Made by a program: the position numbers and the translations under genes. 64,000 bases of DNA from the human T2T-CHM13v2.0 reference genome, Homo sapiens: assembly GCF_009914755.1 (NCBI RefSeq), contig NC_060926.1; one strand, given 5' to 3'. Shown here one piece after another: positions 35,049 to 48,840 of this stretch (position 1 is the stretch's first letter; each line of letters opens with the position of its first letter). The notes beneath the pieces were generated by a model. The model saw nothing but the letters and a program-made list of their open reading frames with translations. It did no database searches and was not told where the DNA came from.

Positions 35049-36919
35049 CTGTGGGGAAGGATATTGCCCTTAGTGGAGTTTGTACCTCATGTGTAAGCAT
35101 TCGTAGCTCCATATACACATGTTTAGACCAAGCTATGTGCATGATGTATAGGGTTAAAAGGGGGAAAAAGGGTAAGTGGAGGGAAAGTGGGAAAAAGACA
35201 AGCTAGTTCTTAATGAAATTATGAAATTACTGGCATGTGTGTTGGCCACACCTTTTTTCTTCCATTCCCCCCTTCACTTGGTAGAACTCTGTCCTACAGC
35301 TTAAAGTACTCACCCCCTCCTGTCCTGGAGTTATGAAAGTTTACCGCCAGACAGCTGGATAAGGATGAGATTGCTGCTCCAAGAGGCCAAGACTGAACGG
35401 CTGAAGTGCAGCCTACTCTTTGTTAGCCTCTCAGTCATTGTGACCGTGGAGGTCTCAGAGTGTGCTAATAGTAATTTATTGAAGTTTGCAAATACTTGAA
35501 AAAGTAGGGTCCATTCAAAGTTATCCCTTTTGTAGTGTAATTTGCATTCTTTTTCTTTCAGATATGCATTTCTCTGTGGGTGAGAAAGAGGAGGACTTAC
35601 AGCCTCTGTAGAAAATTGCCCCATGGGGCTGTGCAGTGTAAATGATCATCGCCAGGTGTATGTGTGTGTCATGGAAAAAGTGTTGAGGGCCTCTACTCTC
35701 AAGGCTGTGGAAGAAGCCAAAAGCTGTTATGGAAGTAGCTCCCTGAGGGCTCTGCTGCCTTGAGCTCAAAGTCATTCAGGCTAAACTCCTTAGGAGCAGC
35801 ACAATCTGGTCCTCCTAGGCAGCCTCCTTTCTGGGCCCTGACACTGGTATCTCTAAGCACAGGCCCTTCTTTGAGTAGTCGAGGGAGCTAGAAGAGGAAT
35901 CCCTGGGCTCAAGTCTGCCAGCCTTCTTTTGAGCACTTCCTCTCTATAAGAGAATGGTTGTGATTCAGAGCATCTGGAAAACCGTGGATGGTGGGAACAG
36001 TGTGCATCTACCGTTGATGTGATGATTTCAAGCGTGGGAACATGATTCTCTTACCACATTACAGTGTACACAGCAAAACAAACATACTAACACCCATTCC
36101 CCGCCTTCATTGCTGTTTAAGAACTGCAAAAACCCCTGCATCTCACTCTGGGTGGCTGTTTTCCACATTTCTACTAAGCATTTTCTTTGGAAACCCTCAG
36201 CCCTTTCATCAGAATCCACCTGTCAATCTCACATCGTCCCATCCCCTGGGTATATTTCTACTTTCAAAGAGATGAGATTGTCAGAATCAACTGCTGTTTA
36301 AAATATAAATCAAAAGAAATTTTTCTTCCTAAACCTCCATGGCTCTTCTTCCTGATTCCGTTTGTTTTAATTATGTTCAGTTATAGTTATAAATCATTGA
36401 AACTGGGCTCTGTGAGCAAATTATTCTTGTGTCAGCCCAGTCAGATTAATTGTTCAAATTTCGTGACAGAGCATTTCACACGTTTTATTAAAACTCAGAT
36501 CTTTCTGTATACTGATAACTCTGTATTATGCAACTTGGTCAAAAAATAAATCAATTTCCCACATTTTCCTGGGGGTCACTTTTGAGAATTCTCCCAATGA
36601 TGTGACCTTGCGGTGTGAGAAGCACAGGCAGGATGACCTTTTGAAGCACAGGGGAAGAACCCACAAGCTCCGCCAAAGTTTTCCCAGCTTGGGTGCTCTG
36701 GGAACAGTAGGGACTGACTCCTAGACCCCTCAGGTGCCTCAGGGCCACCTTCTGCGGCTGCCCCTGTCTTTCCTGTGCTGCCTTAGTAAGTCAGGTGTTT
36801 GCGAACTTTGCAGGACTTCAGTATCGTTGTGTTCTGAACAACTTTGGACAGGTCTATTTATGAGGAAGGGTTGAATGTATCGTTTGAAAATTTTGCTTGA
36901 CAGTTTTGAAAACTGCTCC

Positions 36920-37470
36920 TCCCCTGCTACTTAAACTCTTTAATGGGTGACCTTGCCCTTAGAAGAGAATTCAGACTCCTTTCCCATGGCTGCTCAGTCC
37001 TGCTCCATCTCCTTCATCTCCAGTCTCCCCCTTGCTAAAGACCCTCCAGCCACACTGGCCTCCCCTCAATTCCTGGGACTTACCAACTTAGTTCCTTTTC
37101 CAGCTCAGGACCTTTGCATATCTGCTCCCTCTTTCTGTAACGTGCTTCCCTCACTGTTGACACAGTGGAATCCTTGTCATCCTTCAGGCTCAGCCTAAAT
37201 ATCACGTCCTCAGTGAGGCCATCCTGGGTACCTTGCCTAAATTGTTCACCCCTCATACTCTCTCAGATCTCAGTAACAGGTTATTTCCTTCATAGTATAT
37301 ATTACCCTTGTAATAATTTTATCTGTTATTTGCTTTTTTTTGTCTGTCTTTTCTGATAGAACAGAAACTACATAAGGGCAGGGACTGTGACCTCTCTACC
37401 ATTGCAGACTCAGTACCTAACACGGTGCTTAGTATATCAGTGGTGCTTAATAAATGTTTGTTGAATGAAA
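36920..37470. mobile_element. L2 3' fragment
   Basis: ctcaggacctttgca...tccttcaggctcagcctaaatatcac...aataaatgtttgttgaatgaa. Confidence 0.7.
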
Positions 37471-38729
37471 TTAAGTTTGTTCTTGGCAAACTGACTCATG
37501 TTCTTGATTTCCTCTTTCTTGCAACAGTGAGATACAGGGTATACAGGACGTTGACTAATTGAACTTTTCATAGTTCATGTCCATTTTGGCATCTCTGTAA
37601 CAGCTGATATGCTGCTGACCATCTGAAATCTTCCCTCCTAAATTTCTGTTTTTCCTGACCTCACACAGACATACTGTGTTGGTTTTTCTCCCGTCTGTTT
37701 TATTTTGCTCTTGCTTCTCTTGCTCATCTTGTTTCCCTTTAATTTAATATTCAGTTCTTTTATTTTTCCCCCTGTTCAGGTGACCTCAGCCACACAGGAC
37801 TTCAGCTATCCCCTCTATTCAGATGATCCTGGCATTTGTGTCTCTAGCCCTGCCCTACCCCTTCCAGCCTTCCGTCCTTCCTGCTAACAGATGAACCTTC
37901 TTTAAGCACTCATCTCATACTTCCATCTCAGAACTTTCAATGGCTTCTCATTTTCTGGAGAAGAGAGTCTAAACTCTTTACTATGGCATCTAAGGCCCTT
38001 CCTGTTTTGTCCCTAACTCGTATCTAGAAAGTACTATCTGCTGGTCTATGAACACATCTTATAGTTCCTCCTCTGGACCATTCTTCTGGCTGTCCTCTGC
38101 TTGGAAGGCATTTTTCCTCTCTTTTTGCCTAAGTTATGCCCAGCTCAAAGCCCACCTTTCTCAGAGGCTTTCTATACTTTCTTTTCCTGCTGCCTTTGAA
38201 ATCCCAGAGGACTTTACCTCTCTCTGGGGAGGCTTCATGCTTTGCCTTCTGTTTTAGTTAGTAGTCAATGTGCAGTTTATACACTATTTGGAGATGCTTC
38301 TTCCTATGCTGTAAGCTCCTGTAGGGCGACACTAGGACTTAATCATCTTCATTCCCCCTCAAAATACAGCATGTTTCTTCAAACACAGCTGATGCTTGGT
38401 AAACATTTGTAGAGTGAATAATGGAATGAGGCATCTGAGAGAACTGTGCCAGGAGATGATATAAATGCCTCTGATTTAAGTTTGTCAGAAATCGATTTAA
38501 TTGGCCAGAGTGAACACTTCATTAACTTAAGGGTTTTTGTTAATGAACCTTTCATTAAGTCATCAAGTCAAAAAGAACATGAGAGCAAATTCACCCCATG
38601 ATAGGAGAACAACTTAAAAAATTCTACAGTTTCTTGAACACTTAGTATGTGCAACTATGCTGTGCTAAGCACACAAAAGTATAATCTTGTTGAATTGTTT
38701 ACTTATAATTAATTATATTATATATTATA

Positions 38730-38935
38730 TAATAAATAAGCACCTACTCTATGCCAGGCACAGCGTTAAGTACTGAGGATATGACATTTTCAAAACAAGC
38801 CTATTATTGGATCCATTTTATGAATGAAGACACTGTGGCTTAGATCGGTTAAGTAACTTGCTTAAGGTCATACCAGCTGTTAAATAGTGGGACTGGAGTT
38901 TGAGTCCCACTCACTCTGAAGTCTATTCTTTTAGC
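38730..38935. mobile_element. MIR
   Basis: agcacctactctatgccaggcac...ggttaagtaacttgcttaaggtca. Confidence 0.7.
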
Positions 38936-39044
38936 CACCAAACGATATAGCACATATCAATATAATAGAGGCTTTGGTTACATATCTATAATTAAAAATA
39001 AATAGCATATTGTACAGAATTTTGCTACCCAATATTAGACTGTG

Positions 39045-39215
39045 CTACCCAACTTCAGACTGACAGCATCAGCATCTCCTGAAGCTTGTTAAAATTGCAA
39101 ATTCTCAGGCCCTACCTAGATCCACTGAATCCAAGTTTCTGGGGGTAGGGCCCAGGAATCTGTGTTTTAACAATCTGCAGATTCTTCGTAGGTGTGTAAA
39201 AATTTGAGAAGCATT
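39045..39215. mobile_element. MER5A-like MITE
   Basis: cagcatcagcatctcctg...gggcccaggaatctgtgttttaacaa...tttgagaagca. Confidence 0.75.
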
Positions 39216-40008
39216 AGTATAGATCATGGTTTATACAACTTATTGATTTTAAACCTTTTTTGTTTATTTTCCATAATTTTGGCTTTAATCGAACTTTTCA
39301 TGTGCTCTTAGTTTTTATTATGCACAAATTGCAGGGTGACTGTGACCTCACCCTGTACTTGCTATGGTTCAAATGTCCCCAGCCCCACAAACTTTGTGAA
39401 TATGCCACTCTTTTAGAAGAGGAGCCATAGAAGGAAAGAGAGGTTGAGAACAGTGAGGGAAACAGTAGCGATGCTCTTCTTGAGTTAAAGGCTGTTAACA
39501 TCAAGAACTGGGTAGGGAGTGGTGAAAACACAAAGCTCCCTACCTTGTGGAAAATGAGCTTCCTCCCACACTAGCAGTACAGAGATGGGACTCTCTGAGT
39601 GGGTCTGTTGTGGCTGACAAGACTGGTAAATGGTGGTGTTATCTGATTTCTCTGCAGTGGGGCCAGGAGAAGAATTTCTTTCTGAAATTCTGCTTCCTCT
39701 AACACACCATCAACCTGAGTGAGGGGGCTAGAGAGGGAGGCATTGAGTTGCAGGAGGCATAAAGTAGGGTGTTGAATATTGCAGTAAACTGTCAACTTCA
39801 ATGTATCCAGGCTGCATCTGTCTTTGAAATCAGGGTGCTCTGGGGTTTCTAGCCAGCCAGTTGCCTAGTAACATGCATGAAACACTGAGGGCTAGCCACT
39901 TGAAAGTTTATTTTTGCCCTGAGTTAGTTGCTGAAGATTGAATGTGATCTTGTAGCCAGAGTAATATTTCATTTTTATTCCTGAGCTGGGGAAATAAGCA
40001 AATACTTA

Positions 40009-40224
<216 letters not shown>

Positions 40225-41177
40225 TTATTAAGTGTCTATTAAGTGCTAGATACTTCATCAGCCACTCTATGTTTATTTTATGATTTAATCCTCATCATCA
40301 TTTCCATTATACCGACAAGAAGCCTAACCCTCAGTGTGGTTATGTAGCTTGCTTAATGTCAAAGGAAAACAGTGGCATAGCTGGGATCCAAGGCCAGAGA
40401 TGTTTAACACTTAAGCCTTTCCTCTGGTTTTGCAGGCCGGTGTGGGCATATGGGTTTTCTGGGTGTTGAAAGCTGAGGGCAGAGGAAGCCTCCAGCACTG
40501 AGCCCACTTTTTTTTTTTTTTTTCTTGGATGAGTATGTGGTTTTGCTGATGTCAGATTTGGCTCCACAACCAAGAAGATTTCAATGTCTGTAAACAGTCC
40601 TTTAAGACCATTAGTGCATAGTGAATCAATTTACTTGGGCATAACCAGCATTTAAAAAATCTACATAGAAAAAATAAAAAGTATTAGAGCATTTTGCAAG
40701 TGATTAGGGTATTAATGTTTATGAAACTTTATCCCACCATTTTTTATGGTATATACCTATAAATACACACACACACAAACACACACACATACATATATAC
40801 TTCTACCCAGAATAAGACATAAGAGGATCCTTAGAACACAGATATGGGGAAATGTTTGAGCCACAAAGGAGTCTAGAGGGAATCAAGCAGCACATTGTCA
40901 TTTTGCAAAGAAGGAAATAGGCTCAGTGAGGGAAAGTGACTTGTCTAAAGCCTACAACTGGCATAAATGGGACTAGGATATGCTTTGTCTGGGGCTACAT
41001 CCAGCACATCAATTTTGCTGATTCTTTTTACTTTTCCTCCACTGATATCCTCATGGGCTACCCATCCTCTTCCTGCAGGATTGTATTTCGTGTCGTGTTC
41101 TCAGTGGGGCCTTTACTGGCTGCCCTATTTAAAACACCAATTTCCTGTTTCCCCCTACTTTCCCTAAACTCCTTCCC

Positions 41178-41586
41178 TGATTTGCTTTGCCTCCGTTGCT
41201 TTATCATCATCTGACCCATGATTACATTTTATGTTTTTATTGTTTACCTCCTCCGTGAGAACATATCCTCCTGTATCTAGAACAGTGCGTGGCACCTGGG
41301 AGTATTACAGTAAATATATATTAAATAAATTGGATGACCAAATGGGAATTTCTTACCATAAATCATAGCCAAACAAGTTTGAAAGCTACTGCCTTAGATG
41401 GAAATATTTGTATAAATTCTTTGTGAATGATGATGTAAAACCCACGTGAGAAAGGGCTGTGGTGTGATGTAAAGTTAAACTCCTTATATCTGCCAACACC
41501 CTAACTTCCCTTTGCAGGATTGCTGGAAGCTGGCCAGGGACAGGCTGTGGGGTGTGACTTGAGAAATGGTTCAGAAACATGCTTCA
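41178..41586 (+). repeat. Left arm of a ~400-bp local inverted duplication
   Basis: Reverse complement of 42147-42537 along its length, with two internal indels. Confidence 0.95.
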
Positions 41587-42146
41587 CTTGTTCCTGCTCC
41601 AGGTAGCTGTTGTCTGCAAGGCCTCTCTAGTCTTTGTTAAACAAAAAGAGCATGGAGCTTCACTTTGTGGGGTGTGAGTATGTGTGTAACATCAACAGCA
41701 TGTATGTACTCTGTGTGTATGTATGTGTGGTCTCCTTCCACCAACCCACAACACAGCTGAGACAAACCAACATATAAATAAAGGTGTGACTCATGTTGAA
41801 GTATAATATTTAAGCTCTGAAATTCAGAAAATATAACTAGAGATTACAAAATAATTCTTAAGTCTCCTCGTTAGAGTCAGTTCAAAGAGGGCAGGGGAGA
41901 ATATTTAATTCATTTCTTAAACTCCTGGGGCCTCACAGAATGCCTGGTGCCTAGCTCAGTCAATAGCCTGAGTAAAGCAGCAGCTTTGCCCTTCCCCGGG
42001 AAGGGGAGGCTTCCATGGTTTCCCAGGCTCTCATATGCTTTCTTCTGAGATTCTTCAGAGTTTACAGCTTCACATACTAGCTCTCCCATATTGGATTACT
42101 GGATGCCACTTTCAATAGTTTTCATCCCTTTCTATATTGCAGAATC

Positions 42147-42537
42147 TGAAGCATGTTTCTGAACCATTTCTCAAGTTACACCCCACAGCTTGTCCCTGGC
42201 CAGCTTCCAGCAACCCTGCAAAGAGAAGCTAGGGTCTTGGCAGATACAAGGAGCTTAACTTTACATCACACCACAGGCCTTTCTCAAATAACTTATATTT
42301 CCATCTAAGTCAGTAGCCTTCAAAATTGTTTGGTTATGATTTATGGTAAGAAATTCATCTTACATATTCTCATTTGGTCATCCCATTCATTTAATGTATA
42401 TTTACTGTAATACTCCCAGGTGCCAGGCACTGTTCTAGATACAGGAGGATATGTTTCTCTGGAGGAGGCAAACAATAAAAACATAAAATATAATCATGGG
42501 TCAGATGATGATAAAGCAATGGAGGCAAAGCCAATCA
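42147..42537 (-). repeat. Right arm of the inverted duplication, flanked by 85-bp direct repeats (42065-42149, 42539-42623)
   Basis: tgaagcatgtttctgaaccatttctcaag is the reverse complement of cttgagaaatggttcagaaacatgcttca; direct repeats differ at 9 of 85 positions by my count. Confidence 0.95.
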
Positions 42538-43329
42538 TCAGTTTCACATACTAGCTCTACCATGTTGGATTACTGGATGCCACTCTCAGTAGTTTTCTTC
42601 CCCTTCTATATTGTGGAATCTGAGAACATAGGTACAGGGTTGATGCCTGTTGTCTTGCATAATTATACACAACCTTGTTGCTTCCTTAGAAGCTCAATTT
42701 CACCAGAATTTTTTAAAATTTTGCCCCTAGGATGTTAGTCTTTGGCAGTCTCCTGTCATTTTAGGGGTTGAATTCCTTTATAGCAGTCTCTTTTAGATAA
42801 AGGAATCACACTCTTTTTCTGAACTTCCTTAAGTTTGATTTCTTAGACTCTTGCCCGGTATTTGTCAAAACTTTCTCCTCCATCCACTGAATTAGAATCA
42901 CCTGGAGTTGCTTGTCAAAAATGCAGACTCAGACCTATTAAATCAGAAACTAATAGTGGTATCCAAAAATACGCGCTTTTATAACAAGCTCTCCTAGTGA
43001 GCCTTCAGTATGCCAGTTTGAGAACCTTTGCCCTAGGGTATGTCATAGGATGATACTGTTCTCATCATTCCCATGGGGCAAATCAGATGGTCATTGGCTT
43101 GGAATTGTGTCCAGAGTCTAGTCCCTGGATTGCTTTCTCTACCTTCTAAGTGATGATCGCACTACACATGGAGTAGATGAAGAAAAGATAGCCCTTGCTT
43201 TGTTTTCACCAAAGCTGCTAACAGTTGTCTAGATGCCCATTATTCATCACAGCTGCATGCTGCCCTGATCCTTGTTTGATACATGTTAGGATTTTATGCT
43301 TTTCTGTTAGACTCACAGTGTCACAGGTG

Positions 43330-43570
43330 TACCCTTGTGGTTAAGTCTGCAGGCACTGAACCCAATTGCTTGAATCCCAGCTCTGCTGCTTACAATCTGA
43401 ATTACTTTGGGCAAGTTACTTACCATCTCTCTACATTAGTTTCCTAATCTGAAAATATGATAATAGTATCAACCTCATAAAGCTATTGTAAGGACTGAAA
43501 ATGTAAATATATGTTAAACATTTATAAGTAGGTTCTGGAATACAATAAATGCTTAATGTGTTGATCTTAT
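43330..43570. mobile_element. MIR
   Basis: tgaatcccagctctgctgcttac...tttgggcaagttacttac...tttcctaatctgaaaat. Confidence 0.75.
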
Positions 43571-45067
43571 TATTATTATTATTATTATATTTTTCAGTAG
43601 CCTCTAGCCTTCTGACAAGAACAGAGGTAAAGGATCTCCCTTTCCATGCTCTGGACAGGATTTCTGTGAAATACAAGCATTTTGTTTAATTGCACTATCA
43701 TCCTTCTCCAATGAAGTAGGGGGTCTTTCTCTTCCTGGGCAGAGCAAGTCAGGTCAGTGGCCTGGGCTGCACTAAATGTACTCACGTGCTGAAGGCTCTC
43801 AAACACCTTTGGTCTGTACTAGCGTCATGGACTTTTTTGCCTTTAGACATTTTCCATGTCTTTTTTTTTTTTTTTTTTTTTTTCTGAATAGCCTCAGTCC
43901 TGCTTGTCTCAACTTTCTAAACAACGTGGCCCACTGTTTCAGTTGCTCTTGTCTCTTTTCTTACCGGTCACACACAATAGAATGTGCTGCCTTGTTGTGA
44001 TTAAAAGAGAAGCTTCCTTACTTTGGAGAAATTACAAATGTGAGTGGGAGACCTCATGCTGTCAGTCTTGCACAATGCTTTTAATGCCCTTAAAAAAACA
44101 TCTGGAGAGTCACTTCAGATAACTTTTTTCCAAAACATCATGGTGTCAGAATTAAATGAGGAAGGCTTCCTTTGCTTTACTTTGAGGATTTTGTCACAGG
44201 CACAAAAATGAAGATTTTTCGCCTCCCCCAACTTCTCTATTACAATAGCTGTACCTAACTTTAAAGCATTGTCTAGGTTCTCTACTCAAATGTCAGTAAT
44301 TGTGAATCACACAGAATGGCACCTTTTTGTTCAAAATAAGATTTGGGCTTTAGATATTAATCACAGATGATACTCTAATTCTGAATGCTGCTTTATAATG
44401 AACCCCAAATATTCCTGGGGCTCTAAAAGCACTTCTGGGATTCTAATATTAACAGTATTAGACATTCTTCTATAGTTTCCTTTTGGATCACCTGGTTTCT
44501 GGATGATTTTGAAGAAGAAAGCTTAATTTATGTTTACAGATACTCAGGGTCTCAAAAAAGTGGACCCATTGCTAAAAGGCAAAGCATACCGTTTTAGAAG
44601 ATATCTTTTAGAAAATATGGTGGTATATTTGTAAGCAATTTTTTTTTTCAAATGACTATACAAACAGAATTCTAAAGAAAAGAAAAGGAAGTCCTAAATT
44701 CACCACTTTCTTCCCTATGTGGAACTTTGCTGAAGTCCTTTTATAGCTGAATAATTCCTTACGTATGAAGACACTTCTCTAGTGGATGTGCCGGCAGTGG
44801 TTAGATGGGTAACTGTGACCTGGTTACTACTATGTGCTGCTGTAACTCTAGTTATGAATCAGGGTCCCCCCATTTCTGGGGGTTCATAGTCTCTATAGCA
44901 ATGGATCCCTCTCCCTGTATTGCTGTGCCTCCTGCCTCTCAGCAGCACTGAGTTTTCATGTTTCCTTCTACCTCAGCCATGTTCATGTCAACTTATATGT
45001 CTTTACTATATGTAATAATAAAAAGGGTGACAGGCATCAGAAAGAATGATAACAATAAAGGATTCTA

Positions 45068-45280
45068 GGCCGGGCATGGTGGCTCACGCCTGTAATCCCA
45101 GCACTTTGGGAGGCTGAGGCGGGCGGATCACGAGGTCAGGAGATGAAGACCATCCTGGCTAACACAGTGAAACTCCATCTCTATTAAAAATACAAAAAAT
45201 TAGCCGGGCATGGTGGTGGGCGCCTGTGGTCCCAGCTACTTGGGAGGCTGAGGCAGGAGAATCGCTTGAACCCAGTGAGC
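45068..45280 (+). mobile_element. 3'-truncated Alu (AluY/Sc-like)
   Basis: Left arm plus part of right arm, ending gaaccc-agtgagc; no A-tail. Confidence 0.9.
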
Positions 45281-47712
45281 TATGTCAAAGTGGGATGACC
45301 TGACTAAGGCTGCTTGGCTGGTTAGACACAGAGCCAGGACTGAAGCCCAGACTCCCTATTTCAACACAGTAGAGAGACCCAGCAGTCTCTCTACTGTGGC
45401 TTGTCATGGGTGCAGCCTGGAATCATCATGCCTTTCCAGACATCACTTCTCTGTAGGGTCTTAGAAAATTAATTGCTATGACCTTTCCATTTCTTTGTGG
45501 AGTTAAGATGTGAATCAAGATTGTCTCTTTTTTTGAGACTGGTGTGACCAATCACCTAGAATATTTTGAAGGTGGCACAGCTAAATTCTGCTTATTTGGG
45601 AAGGAGGGGCATTTCAAGGTGGCCTCTTGAGGAGATTTAATGAACAACCAAAGTGGCTATAAAGGGACATAAAAGCATAATGCATAGTTTTAGCATTAGC
45701 CCCACTGAGTTTCTCCAGCATCAAGTGAAGTGTTTTGTTTTCATTAAATGAGCTCACAGTTGGTAAAGATTTGGGTAGGGGGAGGGCAAGACAGGTTCTA
45801 CAAAAAGCAAAATCTCAAATACCACTAATAATGAAAAGAGAAGGCTTGCTTTCATTATTTTCTAATTAGAGAGTTGAACTTTATAGCTGAGAAAATAAGG
45901 CTTTCCTCTTTAAGCGTAATGCCCTTTTTCCAGCAGGCTGCTCCACACGATCCTTTGCTTACAGAGGGGCCCATTCAGCAGAGAACAAGTGCCAGGCAAA
46001 TAAATGACTAATCACTCCCCTTCCAGATGAAGGGCCAAGAATGAGAAGGGGGATGGAACTACAATGTCCCACAGGCTCTCTGGGAGAGACGGAGCCTCAA
46101 TCTTTATTAACTTCAGAGTGGGGAAATTACACCCTACTGGCATGCACTCTTTTTCTTAAAATCATGAGCAACATAAGTTAATGTCCCTGTCATTAGAAAA
46201 CCATGAAGCTCTCTGTGCACATACTGAAGTATGATGTGTGAGAAGGAATCTTTGGTTACTCTTTGAGTCTCGTGGGGTGGCCCAGTCTTGTGAGCTCATA
46301 GTTACCTATGGATTATCCCAACATTGGTTTTCTTCTTCACCCTCCTCCATGTCTTCTGCCTTTTCGTTCCTACTTCACTCCACTCCCATCATTGTACATT
46401 TACCTCGGAGGAATACCTATTGGTCTCTGATTATTTTTAGATTTAGATCAAAGTTGAAGGGAGTCATGGATATTTGTGATCTTTGAATAAAGCCTACTCT
46501 ATTGAATAGATTATTTTATTACTTTTTCCAGAGTTACCTCCAAGCCTGTCTCCTTGTCCTGGCACTTAAGGGTCTCTGCAATTCAGTGTCCTCTCCATCT
46601 CAGCCAGTTATCTAAACTCACTTTCCATTCCTTAAACAGCATGTTTACTCCCAAGTAGTAGCCTCATCCTGTTCTCCTCCTGCCATGCTTTTGCTCCTGC
46701 CATCTCTTCACTTGGATTCCTTACTCTGCCTTTCTCTGTATGTTGTGGTACCGCATAACGGTTAAGAACATGACTCTGGAGCCATACTGTCTGGGACCAA
46801 ATCTTGACCTGAGATAGAGATACTTAACCTCTTGATGCCTTGGTCTCCTCATCTAAAAGTAGGGTTGATAGTTCCTATCTCATAAGGTTGCTATGGGACT
46901 TAAAAAGTACTTAAAAACAGTGCAGGTATTTAATAAGGGCTACATACATATTAGCTGCTATTTTCACATTTACCCATATAAACGTTACTGATTCCATGAG
47001 GTCTAATTCAAATCTGTTAGCTCTACCATAAAGCCTCTCTGACTTCCCCAGCCCAAAAGGACTTCTCTAAGATCTTATTTCTAGGTACCACACACTCTCA
47101 TAGTGAATATCTACTAGCTTGTATTATTATTTTATTATTTTATGTTTTCCCCCTCATTGAGACTATGAACTTCTCGAGGACATGAATCTAATCCTGTGTC
47201 TTTTGTGTTCTTGATATAGACATGTGGGGAGACCCCAAATCCTAAGGCATGTGATATCACCTCATTCGGAATTTGTTTGTTGAATACCTTGTTTTTGGTG
47301 GGGGACATGATGAATGAGTAGTTCCAGATCCATTATGCAATGGTGAGTTGAAAACACTTTATAAGCAGCCGGTAGAGCTGTGGTGTGTGAGGGAAGTGGC
47401 AGGAGTGGAGAGACTGTTGAGAAATATTTCTAGGATCAACAGAATCTCTTTCCTGGTGTTTGAGAGTTGCAAGTAAAGAGTATGGGTTATTTTTGAAATT
47501 ATTTTTGGTTGCTGCTCTGTATTCTTTTGATTGCATTAATCTGAGATGAAGCTACATGGTCACAGCTTTGTAACATGACAATTATACATGTAAAATTACA
47601 TCTACACAAAGTAAAAGTACTATACAAAGGCAGTGCACCAAGGATACCAATTTTTAGAATCCAGTGATATAAAAGAGAGTCCTCTGAGACGATCTCTTCT
47701 TTTGCTTCACAT

Positions 47713-47806
47713 CTATCTCTTCATTTCAGAGTCATTCCAATCCGTGTTTTCTCTTTTTTCTTTAAGGGTGAGCTCCTTTATTGCCTCATCACAATTTTGC
47801 CATGGG
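47713..47806 (-). CDS. LHCGR: LHCGR cryptic exon 6A, coding part (stop-containing alternative/terminal exon)
   Basis: ctttctgctttggttacag|C CCA TGG; in frame with exon 6: (L)PWQNCDEAIKELTLKEKRENTDWNDSEMKR*, giving a 209-aa product; GT donors give 159-nt (to 47648) and 207-nt (to 47600) internal forms, matching the exon 6A sizes I recall. Confidence 0.92.
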
Positions 47807-47895
47807 CTGTAACCAAAGCAGAAAGAGTGAGAGGGATATGGATTTTAGGAGCAGAATTAAATCAGGGTCACTGGGCTTTAGGTATAAAGAAATGA

Positions 47896-48310
<415 letters not shown>

Positions 48311-48420
48311 TTATCTTAGTGGAGTGCTCCTCAAACTTTAATGTACATGTGAATCACTTGGGATCTTGTAAAAAGCATATTCTGAGTTAGTAGGTCTGCG
48401 GTGAGCTATTTCTAACTAGA

Positions 48421-48840
48421 GGATATGGTTTAGATCTGTGTTTCCACAAAATTGCATTACAAATTATAATCCCCAGTGTTGGAGGTGGGGCCTGGTGGGA
48501 GGTGACTGGATCATGGGGGTGGTTTCTCATGGATGGTTTAGCACCATCCCCCTAGTGCTGTTCTTGTGATAGAGTTCTCATGAGATCTGATTGTTTAAAA
48601 GTGCGTGACATCTCCCTGCTCTCTCTCTTCCTACTGCTCCTGGCCATGTGAGGTGCTGGCTCACCCTTCACCTTCCATCAGTATTGTAAGTTTCCTGAGA
48701 CCTCCCCAGAAGCTGAGCAGATGCCAGAATCATGCTTCCTGCAAAGCCTGCAGAATTGTGAGCCAATTAAAACCTCTTTTCTTTATAAATTACCCAGTCT
48801 CAGGTAGTTCTTTATAGCAATGTGAGAATGGACTTATACA
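48421..48840 (+). mobile_element. MST-type MaLR solo LTR nested in a MER5-family MITE (~48320-48890)
   Basis: gatatggtttagatctgtg...gtaagtttcctgag...caattaaaacctcttttctttataaattacccagtctcagg...ataca. Confidence 0.9.
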
